Shown: positions 1-8,246 of the stretch, piece by piece
Layout: each line of letters opens with the position of its first letter
Numbering within the stretch: the stretch's first letter is position 1
Source of the DNA: Deltaproteobacteria bacterium
Lineage (GTDB): Bacteria; SAR324; NAC60-12
Length of the DNA stretch: 44,271 bases
NCBI GenBank assembly: GCA_038150265.1
Contig: JAYOTF010000027.1
Coordinates: 1 to 44,271, forward strand
Direction of reading: 5' to 3'
Notes under the pieces: model-generated
Told to the model about the DNA's origin: nothing
Seen by the model: the letters and a program-made list of their open reading frames with translations, nothing else
Databases searched by the model: none
Translations under genes and position numbers: made by a program

Positions 1-121
1 GTAGAGATTTGTAAGTTTAAGCATCATTCTTGAGTAGAGGTCGGGCGAGGCTAAGGGGAGGGCAGACGCAGTGGTGGGCTGAGACGAGCTCGGGGGGCAG
101 CAATCGGGGAGCAGAGTGGGG

Positions 122-177
122 GCTTGACGGAACGGTGACGGATCCTGAACACAACCTGAACGCGGGGGCGATAGGGT
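122..177 (+). promoter_or_regulatory. Putative PhoB-type (Pho box) array plus -10 element
   Basis: Four 7-mers at exact 11-bp period (GCTTGAC 122, CGGTGAC 133, CCTGAAC 144, CCTGAAC 155), then 10 bp, then TAGGGT (172-177); upstream of a phosphatase-like gene. Confidence 0.6.
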
Positions 178-212
178 ATCTGCTTTTTGAAACCCTCTAC
201 CTTGGAGAAGTT

Positions 213-2381
213 GTGAAAAAGGTCATGATTCCGCTGATTTCCGGTGTGGTGGCGCTCTCGGCGTCCACTGGACATGCGCAAAGCTTCAACCGCCTCGCGT
301 CCTTTGCGACCAACCACAACCTTCCGGCTGGAATGGATCCGCTGAGTGAGACTTCGGCAGAGATCATCACCGCCACGAAGGATGGACAGATGCTGATCTA
401 CTCCGACAGCCCCCTTGGTGGCGTGGGGATGGTGGACATCCGCAACCCATCCAATCCACAGGCCGCCGGCTTCCTCAGCCTGGATGGGGAACCCACCTCT
501 GTGACAACCGCAGGCCGCTACGTGCTGGCTGCCGTGAACACGTCCCCGAGCTTCACGGAGGTCTCCGGATACCTCGCCATCATTGATCCGCAGACGAAGC
601 AGGTGGTGGGGCGCTGCGAGCTTTCCGGGCAGCCGGACTCGACGGCCGTGTCTCCCGACGGTCGCTTCCTGGCCGTGGCCATTGAAAATGAGCGCGACGA
701 AGACCTGGGAGACGGTGGAATCCCGCAAAACGCTCCTGGAAACGTGACCATCTTCCCCCTCGTCAATGACCGTCCGGACTGTGCCCGGGTGCGCGTGGTG
801 GACGTGACCGGGCTGGCCGACATCGCGCCTTCGGATCCGGAACCCGAGTTTGTGGACTTCAACTCCCGCAACGAGATCGTCGTCTCCATGCAGGAGAACA
901 ATCACATCGCCGTCATTGATGCCGCGTCTGGACGCGTCGTCTCTCACTTCTCTGCCGGACAGGTCAACCTGCGCAACGTGGACCTGGAGGAAGAAGGCGC
1001 CCTGACGTTTGATGGGGTGCAGAACAACCGCCTTCGCGAGCCCGACGCGGTCCACTGGCTGGACGACAACCGCATCCTCGCGGCCAACGAAGGAGACTGG
1101 AACGGCGGCGCCCGGGGCTTCACCATCTACAGCAAGCAGGGCCAGGAGCTGTATGAGGCGGGGCTCGACTTCGAGTACCGCGCTGCCATGGCGGGGCACT
1201 ACCCGGAGAAGCGCTCTGGCAACAAGGGCATTGAGCCGGAAGGCCTGGAAGTGGCGACCTTCAATGGGCAGACCTACCTGTTTGTGCTCTCCGAGCGCGG
1301 CTCCCTCGTGGGCGTGTACCGCGACACCAAGGGCGCTCCCGAGTTTGTGCAACTGCTGCCTTCGGGGATCTCTCCGGAAGGCGCCCTTGCGATTCCGGGC
1401 CGGAACCTGCTCGTGACCGCCAACGAGACGGACCTGGGTCCAGATGGAGGCGTCCGGGCACATGTGATGATCTATGGCCTGAGCGCCAGCGAGCCGAACT
1501 ACCCGCAGCTGATGTCTCGCATGGAGCAGGGCCGACCGATTGGTTGGGGCGCGCTCTCTGGCCTGACGGCTGACCCGCAGAAGCCGGGCATCCTCTATGC
1601 GGTCAATGACAGCTTCTACCGGATGCAGCCCACCATCTTCACCATTGATGCGAACCAGAAGCCGGCCCGCATCATTGCGGCCACACCGGTCACCCGCGAC
1701 GGGCAGCCCGCCCAGAAGCTGGACCTGGAAGGCATTGCTGCTGATGGCAAGGGGGGCTTCTGGCTCGCCTCCGAAGGCCGGACGGACCGCCTCATTCCGC
1801 ATGCCCTCTATCACGTGGACAGCAAGGGCCGGATCCGCACCGAGATTCCGTTTCCAAAGGAACTCCTCAGCGTGGAAAAGCGCTATGGCGCCGAGGGCAT
1901 CACCGTTGTGGGCGATACCCTCTGGATTGCCATTCAGCGCAGCTGGGCCAATGACCCCCAGGACCTCGTCAAGCTGGTTTCGCTCAACACCAGGACCGGA
2001 GAGTGGGGCGCCGTCTTCTATCCGACAGAGTCCGCCAGCACGGGCTGGGTCGGCCTCTCGGAGATCACCGCCTACAACGGAAACGTCTATGTGGTGGAGC
2101 GGGACAACCAGATCGGTGAAGCCGCTCGCATCAAGCGCCTCTACCGGATTGCCGGGGAAGACCTGAACCCGCTGCCCCTCGAAGGCAACAAGTTCTACCT
2201 CGTCCGCAAGGAGCTGGTCCGCGACTTCATTCCCGACCTCAAGGCCCTCAACGGCTTTGTGGTCGACAAGGTGGAAGGCTTCACCGTGGATGCGGCTGGA
2301 AACGGCTACGTTGTGACCGACAACGACGGCGTGGACGACAGCTCCGGAGAGACCTACTTCTTCTCCATCGGCAACCTCTAA
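213..2381 (+). CDS. Secreted alkaline-phosphatase-like protein (N-terminal beta-propeller plus C-terminal esterase-like-activity-of-phytase domain)
   Basis: GTG at 213 after GGAGA; signal peptide (..ASTGHA/QS); repeated EPE/EPD/EG propeller motifs; C-terminal LSGL, LDLEG, EG(I/F)T and DNDG motifs of the phytase-like family. Confidence 0.75.
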   Translation: MKKVMIPLISGVVALSASTGHAQSFNRLASFATNHNLPAGMDPLSETSAEIITATKDGQMLIYSDSPLGGVGMVDIRNPSNPQAAGFLSLDGEPTSVTTAGRYVLAAVNTSPSFTEVSGYLAIIDPQTKQVVGRCELSGQPDSTAVSPDGRFLAVAIENERDEDLGDGGIPQNAPGNVTIFPLVNDRPDCARVRVVDVTGLADIAPSDPEPEFVDFNSRNEIVVSMQENNHIAVIDAASGRVVSHFSAGQVNLRNVDLEEEGALTFDGVQNNRLREPDAVHWLDDNRILAANEGDWNGGARGFTIYSKQGQELYEAGLDFEYRAAMAGHYPEKRSGNKGIEPEGLEVATFNGQTYLFVLSERGSLVGVYRDTKGAPEFVQLLPSGISPEGALAIPGRNLLVTANETDLGPDGGVRAHVMIYGLSASEPNYPQLMSRMEQGRPIGWGALSGLTADPQKPGILYAVNDSFYRMQPTIFTIDANQKPARIIAATPVTRDGQPAQKLDLEGIAADGKGGFWLASEGRTDRLIPHALYHVDSKGRIRTEIPFPKELLSVEKRYGAEGITVVGDTLWIAIQRSWANDPQDLVKLVSLNTRTGEWGAVFYPTESASTGWVGLSEITAYNGNVYVVERDNQIGEAARIKRLYRIAGEDLNPLPLEGNKFYLVRKELVRDFIPDLKALNGFVVDKVEGFTVDAAGNGYVVTDNDGVDDSSGETYFFSIGNL

Positions 2382-2512
2382 CGCTGCTGCGAGCCCTCCT
2401 GCAGAGGGCCACTCGGCGCTCTCTGCTGGCCAGACCCCCACGCTCTCCAGGAGGGTCTGGCCCCTCGCCTTCCCGCACCCTCAGGGATCCACCGAACCGG
2501 AACCCGACACAA

Positions 2513-2568
2513 CTCTCAGGGAATCTTCATGCGGCGCTAACGAAGGCTGAAAACTCCTTCGGCATGCT
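2513..2568 (+). promoter_or_regulatory. Putative Pho box array plus -10 element
   Basis: CTCTCAG/TCTTCAT/CGCTAAC/GCTGAAA at 11-bp period (2513, 2524, 2535, 2546), then 10 bp, then CATGCT; same geometry as 122-177. Confidence 0.5.
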
Positions 2569-2624
2569 ACTTCCGAAAAGGTGGACCTGCTCCCTCAACG
2601 CCCCCTCACAGCCACGGATTTGTT

Positions 2625-3446
2625 TTGAATGCACCAACCCGCCCTCATCCTTCCCGCGAGCCCTCCCGCAACCAGTACCGTACCGTTTGTGTGTCTGACT
2701 TTCACCTGGGCGCCCGCGGCTGCAAGGCGGAGCGGCTCTGCAACTTCCTCAAGCAAACGCAGTGCGATCGGCTCTACCTGGTAGGAGACATCATTGACAT
2801 CGAGAAGCTCCAGCGCCGCATCTACTGGCCCCAGGAGCACTCGAACGTCATCCGGCGGGTGCTGACGATGGCCAAGCGTGGAACGGAGGTGATCTACATC
2901 CTCGGCAACCACGATGAGGCCATCAAGCAGTGGCTTCACTATCACCCGAAGCTGGGGAACGTCGAGATCCGGAGCCAGGCGGTTCATGAAGGCCTCGATG
3001 GGCGCAGGTTCCTGGTCATCCACGGCGACATCTTTGACGGCATTGTGCAGGTGCAGCGGTGGCTTTACTGGGTGGGCGACCGGGCCTACGACCTGGCGCT
3101 GTTCATCAATGACACCCTCAATTGGGTCCGGGAACGCTGTGGCCTGGCCCACTGGCCGATCAGCCGCTTCCTGAAGATGCAGGTCAAGTCCGCCGTCAAC
3201 TACCTCACCGAGTTTGAGTCAACGATGGCCAGGTACTGCAAGAAGCGCCAACTCGACGGGGTCATTTGCGGACACATCCACCATCCGGAGATCCGGGAAA
3301 TTGACGGCATCGCCTACATGAATGATGGAGACTGGGTGGAGTCCTGCAGCGCCCTCGTGGAAACCCTGGACGGCCGCTGGGAGATCCTGCACCTCAACCA
3401 GGAGCAGGCGCTGGCTCCCTCCCGGCCATGGGCGGAGGCGGCATGA
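2625..3446 (+). CDS. plcP: LpxH-like metallophosphoesterase, PlcP-type phospholipase C
   Basis: SDFHLG, GDIID, GNHD, HGD, GHIH and NDGDWVES motifs; ATGA-coupled to a GT4 gene as in plcP-agt loci. Confidence 0.75.
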   Translation: MNAPTRPHPSREPSRNQYRTVCVSDFHLGARGCKAERLCNFLKQTQCDRLYLVGDIIDIEKLQRRIYWPQEHSNVIRRVLTMAKRGTEVIYILGNHDEAIKQWLHYHPKLGNVEIRSQAVHEGLDGRRFLVIHGDIFDGIVQVQRWLYWVGDRAYDLALFINDTLNWVRERCGLAHWPISRFLKMQVKSAVNYLTEFESTMARYCKKRQLDGVICGHIHHPEIREIDGIAYMNDGDWVESCSALVETLDGRWEILHLNQEQALAPSRPWAEAA

Positions 3447-4498
3447 GGCTCCGACGCTTTGCCCTGGTCACCGATGCCTGGCACCCGCAAACCAATGGGG
3501 TGGTCAACACGCTGTCCCGATTCGTCCGGCACCTGGAGTCCAATGGGGTGGAGGTTCAGGTGCTCTCCCCGCAAGATGGCCCCACGGTGCCTCTGCCTTC
3601 GTATCCGGAAATCCGGGTGGCCACCCAGCCGTGGAAGGCGGTGAGCCGCCTCCAGCACTTTGAGCCTGATGCGGTTCATGTTGCCACAGAAGGTCCACTT
3701 GGCATGTGGGTCCGGGGGTGGCTGGGACGCCACCGCCTGCGCTTCACCACCAGCTTCCACACCCGCTTTCCAGAGTACCTCAGCGCCCGGTTGCCGGTGC
3801 CGCTGGAGTGGGGGTACAAGCTGGAACGCTGGTTTCACGGAGGCGCGGAGCACACGCTGGTGGGAACGCAATCGCTCATTCGAGAGCTACGGGCCCAGCA
3901 TGTGGGCAAGCACCTCGTCCACTGGCCCCGAGGCGTCGATACGGATCGCTTCCACCCGCGCTTCCGAGACACGAACCTTTACCGGGGCTCCGGACCCAAG
4001 TGGCTGTACGTGGGACGGGTGGCGGTGGAGAAGAGCATTGAGGACTTCCTGACGCTGGACCTGCCTGGAAGGAAGATTGTGGTGGGAGACGGCCCTTCTC
4101 GTGAGGAGCTGCAGCACCGCTTTCCCGACGTCGAGTGGCGGGGCTGGCAGCACGGAGAGGACCTGTCTCGGCACTTCGCCAGTGCGGACTGCTTCGTGTT
4201 TCCCTCCCGGACCGAAACCTTTGGCAACGTCATCCTGGAGGCCATGGCGTCGGGGCTTCCGGTCGCATCGGTTCCGGCGCCAGGCCCCATTGACCTGATT
4301 GAGGAAGGCGTGAACGGCGCGCTGAGCGACCACCTCCGCGAGGCCTGTCTGCGAGCAGTGAAGAGTTCGCGGAAGCGCGCCCGTGCCACCGCCCAGCGGT
4401 TCAGCTGGAAGGTCAGCCACGAGCTGTTCCAGCTGCACCTGGTGCCGCTGCGTCCCGCAGACCCGCTCTCTCACCCTCAGGAGGCGTTCGCGTCCTAG
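3443..4498 (+). CDS. GT4 glycosyltransferase, Agt-like diacylglycerol glucosyl/glucuronosyl transferase
   Basis: TDAWHPQTNGVV, HVATEGPLG, FHTRFPEY, VGRVAVEK and FPSRTETFGNVILEAMASG motifs; ATG overlaps the plcP stop. Confidence 0.85.
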   Translation: MRLRRFALVTDAWHPQTNGVVNTLSRFVRHLESNGVEVQVLSPQDGPTVPLPSYPEIRVATQPWKAVSRLQHFEPDAVHVATEGPLGMWVRGWLGRHRLRFTTSFHTRFPEYLSARLPVPLEWGYKLERWFHGGAEHTLVGTQSLIRELRAQHVGKHLVHWPRGVDTDRFHPRFRDTNLYRGSGPKWLYVGRVAVEKSIEDFLTLDLPGRKIVVGDGPSREELQHRFPDVEWRGWQHGEDLSRHFASADCFVFPSRTETFGNVILEAMASGLPVASVPAPGPIDLIEEGVNGALSDHLREACLRAVKSSRKRARATAQRFSWKVSHELFQLHLVPLRPADPLSHPQEAFAS

Positions 4499-5382
4499 GC
4501 GTCTCGTTGCAGCATCGGCTGTCCCATCCAGATCCGCTGGCCTTCCTGAAGGGTCTCACAGAAACGCAACCCTGGTGTGCTGAAGACGAGGATGGTGGAG
4601 CCGTGTTCAAACCAGCCCATCTCCTCGCCCTTCTGGAAGGAGGCGGTGCAGGGGAGGTGGTTGGGGCCCTGATACCGCAGGTTGAGCGGAACATCGAGGC
4701 AGCGGAACCGCATGCTCGCGACCAGGATGGCGGCCACGGGCACCAGCGTCAGGGACTCGGAGGTCCCTTTCAGCGTCAGGTGCACAATGGCCCGCTCGTT
4801 TTTGCAAAAGAGCCGCTCCACCCGCTTGAGGGCGATCGGGTTGACGTTCCAGGTGTCTCCGGAAATGTAGGTGATGCCCTGGACCTCGCAGTCGGCAGGC
4901 GCATGAAAGCGGTGGTAGAAGCTGGACTTGAGCCGCAGGGTGAGGAAGTTTCCGTTTGCGTAACGCGCCACCAGTTCCGGATCCAGCAGCAGGTCCTGAA
5001 GCGAGTACGGAAAGCCCTTCGCCTGAAACACCTGGGTCCCTTCGATGCGACCATGAGCGCCAACGATGGCGTCACAGGGACTGGTCAGGTGCTGGGGCGC
5101 AGGGTCAATGGTCCGGGCCCCGTCCTTCAGCTCGCGGATGAAGCAGTCGTGGAGGCTGGTGAAGTGGTCCTTCCGGGCCTCCTCAAGGTTGAGGTCATCG
5201 GCAAAGAACTTCCAGAGCGCGAGGGACACGTCCCGGACCAGTGGCTGCTCCAGCTTGCTGAACCACCCCATGAAGTGGGTGAGCAGCTGGCGGGGAATGC
5301 GGTTGGTCAGCAAAAAGTTCAGGTCTTCCTGTTGGAAGATCCGGTCCTTGAGCGTGGGGGCCGAAGCGAGTTCAGGATTCAT
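4495..5382 (-). CDS. psd: Phosphatidylserine decarboxylase family proenzyme
   Basis: SPCDA, YHRFHAP, LFCKNER motifs and FEHGST self-cleavage site (canonical LGST); GAGG RBS. Confidence 0.85.
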   Translation of the reverse strand: MNPELASAPTLKDRIFQQEDLNFLLTNRIPRQLLTHFMGWFSKLEQPLVRDVSLALWKFFADDLNLEEARKDHFTSLHDCFIRELKDGARTIDPAPQHLTSPCDAIVGAHGRIEGTQVFQAKGFPYSLQDLLLDPELVARYANGNFLTLRLKSSFYHRFHAPADCEVQGITYISGDTWNVNPIALKRVERLFCKNERAIVHLTLKGTSESLTLVPVAAILVASMRFRCLDVPLNLRYQGPNHLPCTASFQKGEEMGWFEHGSTILVFSTPGLRFCETLQEGQRIWMGQPMLQRDA

Positions 5383-5407
5383 TCAACCTCTTTCAGAGTC
5401 AGTCAGC

Positions 5408-7057
5408 ATGGAACTGTTTGCCGTTTTGGCGGCTGGGGCCTTTGCCTCCGCCGCGTCGTTTCCCCGACTTCGTCAGCGCCTGGAGCTTTCCCGGGCCAAG
5501 CATCCCTCGTTGCGGGGGCATGCCAGGATGTCGCGGCAACTGGCAAAGTGGATTCCGTATTGGGAGTATGACGAGTCGCAGTTCTTCAGCAGCGACGCGG
5601 CCCCTGTGGACGTGGTGAAGCGCCGGCGCGAGGGGTTCCGGAAGCTGGAGGCGCTCTACCAGCAGCGCTTCGCCCAGACGGCCGAGCAGACGGCCGAAGC
5701 GGCTCCCGGCATCTCGGATCTGCAGTTCACCAGCACCTACCGGGTGCCGTTTCAGTTCAGCCGCTACGTCCGGGAACGCCTCAGGAGTGGTTCGTTCCTG
5801 CAGGCGTCTTCTGGGGTTCAGGTGACGGATCTGGACGGCAACTCCTTTTACGACCTCACCGGCGCCTATGGCGTCAATGTCTTCGGGTACGACTTTTACA
5901 AGGCGTGTGTGGACCAGGGCATTGAGCAGACCCGGGAGCTGGGTCCGGTGCTGGGTCCGTATCACCCGGTGGTGGCCGACAACGTGGAGCGGCTGAAGGC
6001 CATTTCCGGAATGGACGAGGTGTCGTTTCACATGTCCGGAACCGAAGCGGTGATGCAGGCCGTTCGGCTGGCGCGCTACCACACGGGCCGTCAGAAGCTG
6101 GTTCGCTTCTGTGGCGCCTACCACGGCTGGTGGGATGACGTGCAGCCGGGTGTGGGCAACCCGCATCCGGTCAAGGACACCTACACGCTCAAGGACATGG
6201 ACCCGGACACGCTGAAGGTGCTCCGGACCCGCAACGACCTGGCCTGTGTGCTGGTGAATCCGCTGCAGGCCCTGCACCCGAACATGAACGCGCCGGGAGA
6301 CTCGATGCTGGTCAGCAGCGACCGCTGGGCGCACTTTGACAAGGCCGCTTATGCGGAGTGGCTGCAGGAGCTGCGGCAGGTCTGCACGGAGCGAGGCATT
6401 GCCCTCATTCTGGATGAAGTCTTTGTCGGGTTCCGGCTGGCGTACCGGGGCGCCCAGGAGTTCTTTGGCATCTCGGCCGACCTGGTGACCTACGGCAAGA
6501 CCCTCGGCGGTGGCCTTCCGGTGGGAGCCGTGTGTGGAAAGAGTCGCTGGATGAAGCGCTTCCGGAAGGACCGTCCGGCTGACATCTGCTTTGCACGCGG
6601 GACGTTCAATTCCCACCCGTATGTGATGGGGGCCATGAACGCATTCCTCCAGCAGGTGGCACAGCCGCCGTTTCAGCAGGCGTATCAGGAAGCGGAGGCG
6701 CTGTGGAACCGCCGCATCCGGACCCTGAACGACCGCCTGCGCGCGGAGGGCCTGCCGGTGGACGTGGTGAACCTGATGTCGATTGGCACCCTCCGCTACA
6801 CCCACCCGTCCCGCTACAACTGGATGCTCCAGTACTACCTCCGGGCCGAGGGGCTCGCTCTGAGCTGGGTGGGAACGGGGCGCCTGATCTTCAGTCACAA
6901 CTACGATGAGGAGACGTTTGCCGAGGTCTGTGATCGCTTGGTGCGAGCAGCCCGGAAGATGGAGCAGGATGGCTGGTGGTGGCGTGCTCCGGAGCTGACC
7001 AACCAGTCGATCAAGCGTCAGGTGCTCCGGGAGCTGCTCACGGCCCGCTTCTTCTGA
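5408..7057 (+). CDS. Class III PLP-dependent enzyme (GSA-aminomutase-like) with hydrophobic N-terminus and long N-terminal extension
   Basis: SGTEA, GAYHG, LDEVFVGFR, TYGKTLGGGLPVGA (PLP Lys) and GTFNSHP; start placed at ATG 5408 because the upstream frame overlaps psd. Confidence 0.85.
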   Translation: MELFAVLAAGAFASAASFPRLRQRLELSRAKHPSLRGHARMSRQLAKWIPYWEYDESQFFSSDAAPVDVVKRRREGFRKLEALYQQRFAQTAEQTAEAAPGISDLQFTSTYRVPFQFSRYVRERLRSGSFLQASSGVQVTDLDGNSFYDLTGAYGVNVFGYDFYKACVDQGIEQTRELGPVLGPYHPVVADNVERLKAISGMDEVSFHMSGTEAVMQAVRLARYHTGRQKLVRFCGAYHGWWDDVQPGVGNPHPVKDTYTLKDMDPDTLKVLRTRNDLACVLVNPLQALHPNMNAPGDSMLVSSDRWAHFDKAAYAEWLQELRQVCTERGIALILDEVFVGFRLAYRGAQEFFGISADLVTYGKTLGGGLPVGAVCGKSRWMKRFRKDRPADICFARGTFNSHPYVMGAMNAFLQQVAQPPFQQAYQEAEALWNRRIRTLNDRLRAEGLPVDVVNLMSIGTLRYTHPSRYNWMLQYYLRAEGLALSWVGTGRLIFSHNYDEETFAEVCDRLVRAARKMEQDGWWWRAPELTNQSIKRQVLRELLTARFF

Positions 7058-7159
7058 AATCCTGCCAGGTGCGTTACGGTAGCAAGACTCTATTGGACGA
7101 AGATTGCGGCCGCGTTAGGGTTTCTGAAGGAAGGAAGGGGTGGGGCAGCAGAAGGGGCG

Positions 7160-7369
7160 CTAAGGCTGCCGGACGTAGATGTCGAGGACCATCACATAGA
7201 CATTGGGGTGCTCCACGTCATCGAAGATGACCCGTGTCACCTGGTAGCCCACGCTTTCGTAAATGAACTGGCTGCCGTCCACCAGGTCGTCTTGAGGCAG
7301 GTCAATGAGGGTGCCGTCAGGCTCTCCGAGCATTCCATGGATCCGGACACGGATGGTTTCGTCACTCAT
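7160..7369 (-). CDS. Small acidic hypothetical protein (69 aa)
   Basis: ATG 7369 with GGAG RBS, 40 bp after ppk2; protein-like composition MSDETIRVRIHG... Confidence 0.6.
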   Translation of the reverse strand: MSDETIRVRIHGMLGEPDGTLIDLPQDDLVDGSQFIYESVGYQVTRVIFDDVEHPNVYVMVLDIYVRQP

Positions 7370-7409
7370 TGAGTCTCCAGGGGGGGCGTGGGCGTCACAC
7401 GGTTCCAGG

Positions 7410-8234
7410 TCAGTAAAGTTCAGGAATGTAGATGTGCTCCTCCTTGGGAGGGCGCTCGTATCCGGTGCTCTTGGGGCGCTTCGGAATCTTGACCTCTTCG
7501 GGCAGCTTCTCATCGTGCGGGAGCTTGGTGAGGAGGTGGGAGATGCAGTTGAGCCGGGCCTTGAGCTTGTCGTCGGCCTCCACGGTGTACCAGGGGGCCC
7601 ACGGTGTGTTGGAGAAGCTGAACATCTCATCCTTGGCCTTGGAGTAGTCCTCCCAGCGCTCAATGGAGGCCAGGTCCATGGGGCTGAGCTTCCAGCGCTT
7701 GAGCGGATTCCGGGCCCGCTCCTGAAAGCGAGCCTCCTGCTCCTCGTCGCTGACGGAGAACCAGTACTTGATGAGGTGGATTCCGGAACGGGTCAGCATG
7801 GCCTCAAACTCCGGGCAGCTGCGGGCAAACTCCTGGTACTCCTCTTCGGTGCAGAAGCCCATCACGCGCTCCACTCCGGCCCGGTTGTACCAACTGCGAT
7901 CAAAGATGACGATCTCGCCAGCAGCAGGAAGGTGCTCGACGTAGCGCTGGAAGTACCACTGCGACTGCTCCCGGTTGGAAGGAGACGGCAGGGCCACCAC
8001 CCGGCAGCTCCGTGGGTTCAGCGGCTCCGTCAGGCGCTTGATCACTCCACCCTTTCCTGCGGCATCCCGGCCTTCAAAGATCAGCACCACCTTGAGCCCA
8101 CGCTTCCGGACGGTGTGCTGCATCTGCACCAGGTCGTGAAAGAGCTTCTTCAGCTCCTTCTCATACTCCTTTTTCGAAAGCTTGGGGCGGACCTCCTCGG
8201 CAGGGGGGACGTCTTCTTTCTTCTTTTTAGACAT
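7410..8234 (-). CDS. ppk2: Polyphosphate kinase 2
   Basis: FEGRDAAGKGG Walker A, FDRSWYNRAGVE, KRWKLSPMD. Confidence 0.95.
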   Translation of the reverse strand: MSKKKKEDVPPAEEVRPKLSKKEYEKELKKLFHDLVQMQHTVRKRGLKVVLIFEGRDAAGKGGVIKRLTEPLNPRSCRVVALPSPSNREQSQWYFQRYVEHLPAAGEIVIFDRSWYNRAGVERVMGFCTEEEYQEFARSCPEFEAMLTRSGIHLIKYWFSVSDEEQEARFQERARNPLKRWKLSPMDLASIERWEDYSKAKDEMFSFSNTPWAPWYTVEADDKLKARLNCISHLLTKLPHDEKLPEEVKIPKRPKSTGYERPPKEEHIYIPELY

Positions 8235-8246
8235 AAACAGGCCTCC

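Noticed and set aside
51..2441. Long antisense ORFs (also 5399-6898, 10899-13163, 28460-29734, 30633-32192, 35169-36356 and others)
   Set aside because: Shadow frames of motif-supported genes in GC-rich DNA; no recognisable motifs
2448..2521. Glycine-riboswitch-like fragments (CAGGAG...CACCGAA...AACTCTCAGG)
   Set aside because: The GAAG-GAG segment needed to pair with CTCT is absent (GAACCGG), downstream genes are unrelated to glycine, and the 3' part is better explained as a Pho half-site
2625..3446. Calling this lipid A biosynthetic lpxH
   Set aside because: Coupling to an Agt-like GT4 gene and a Pho-box-like promoter fit the PlcP clade better
5408..7057. Calling the PLP enzyme hemL
   Set aside because: Over 100 aa longer than HemL with a hydrophobic N-terminus, divergent motifs and no tetrapyrrole gene context
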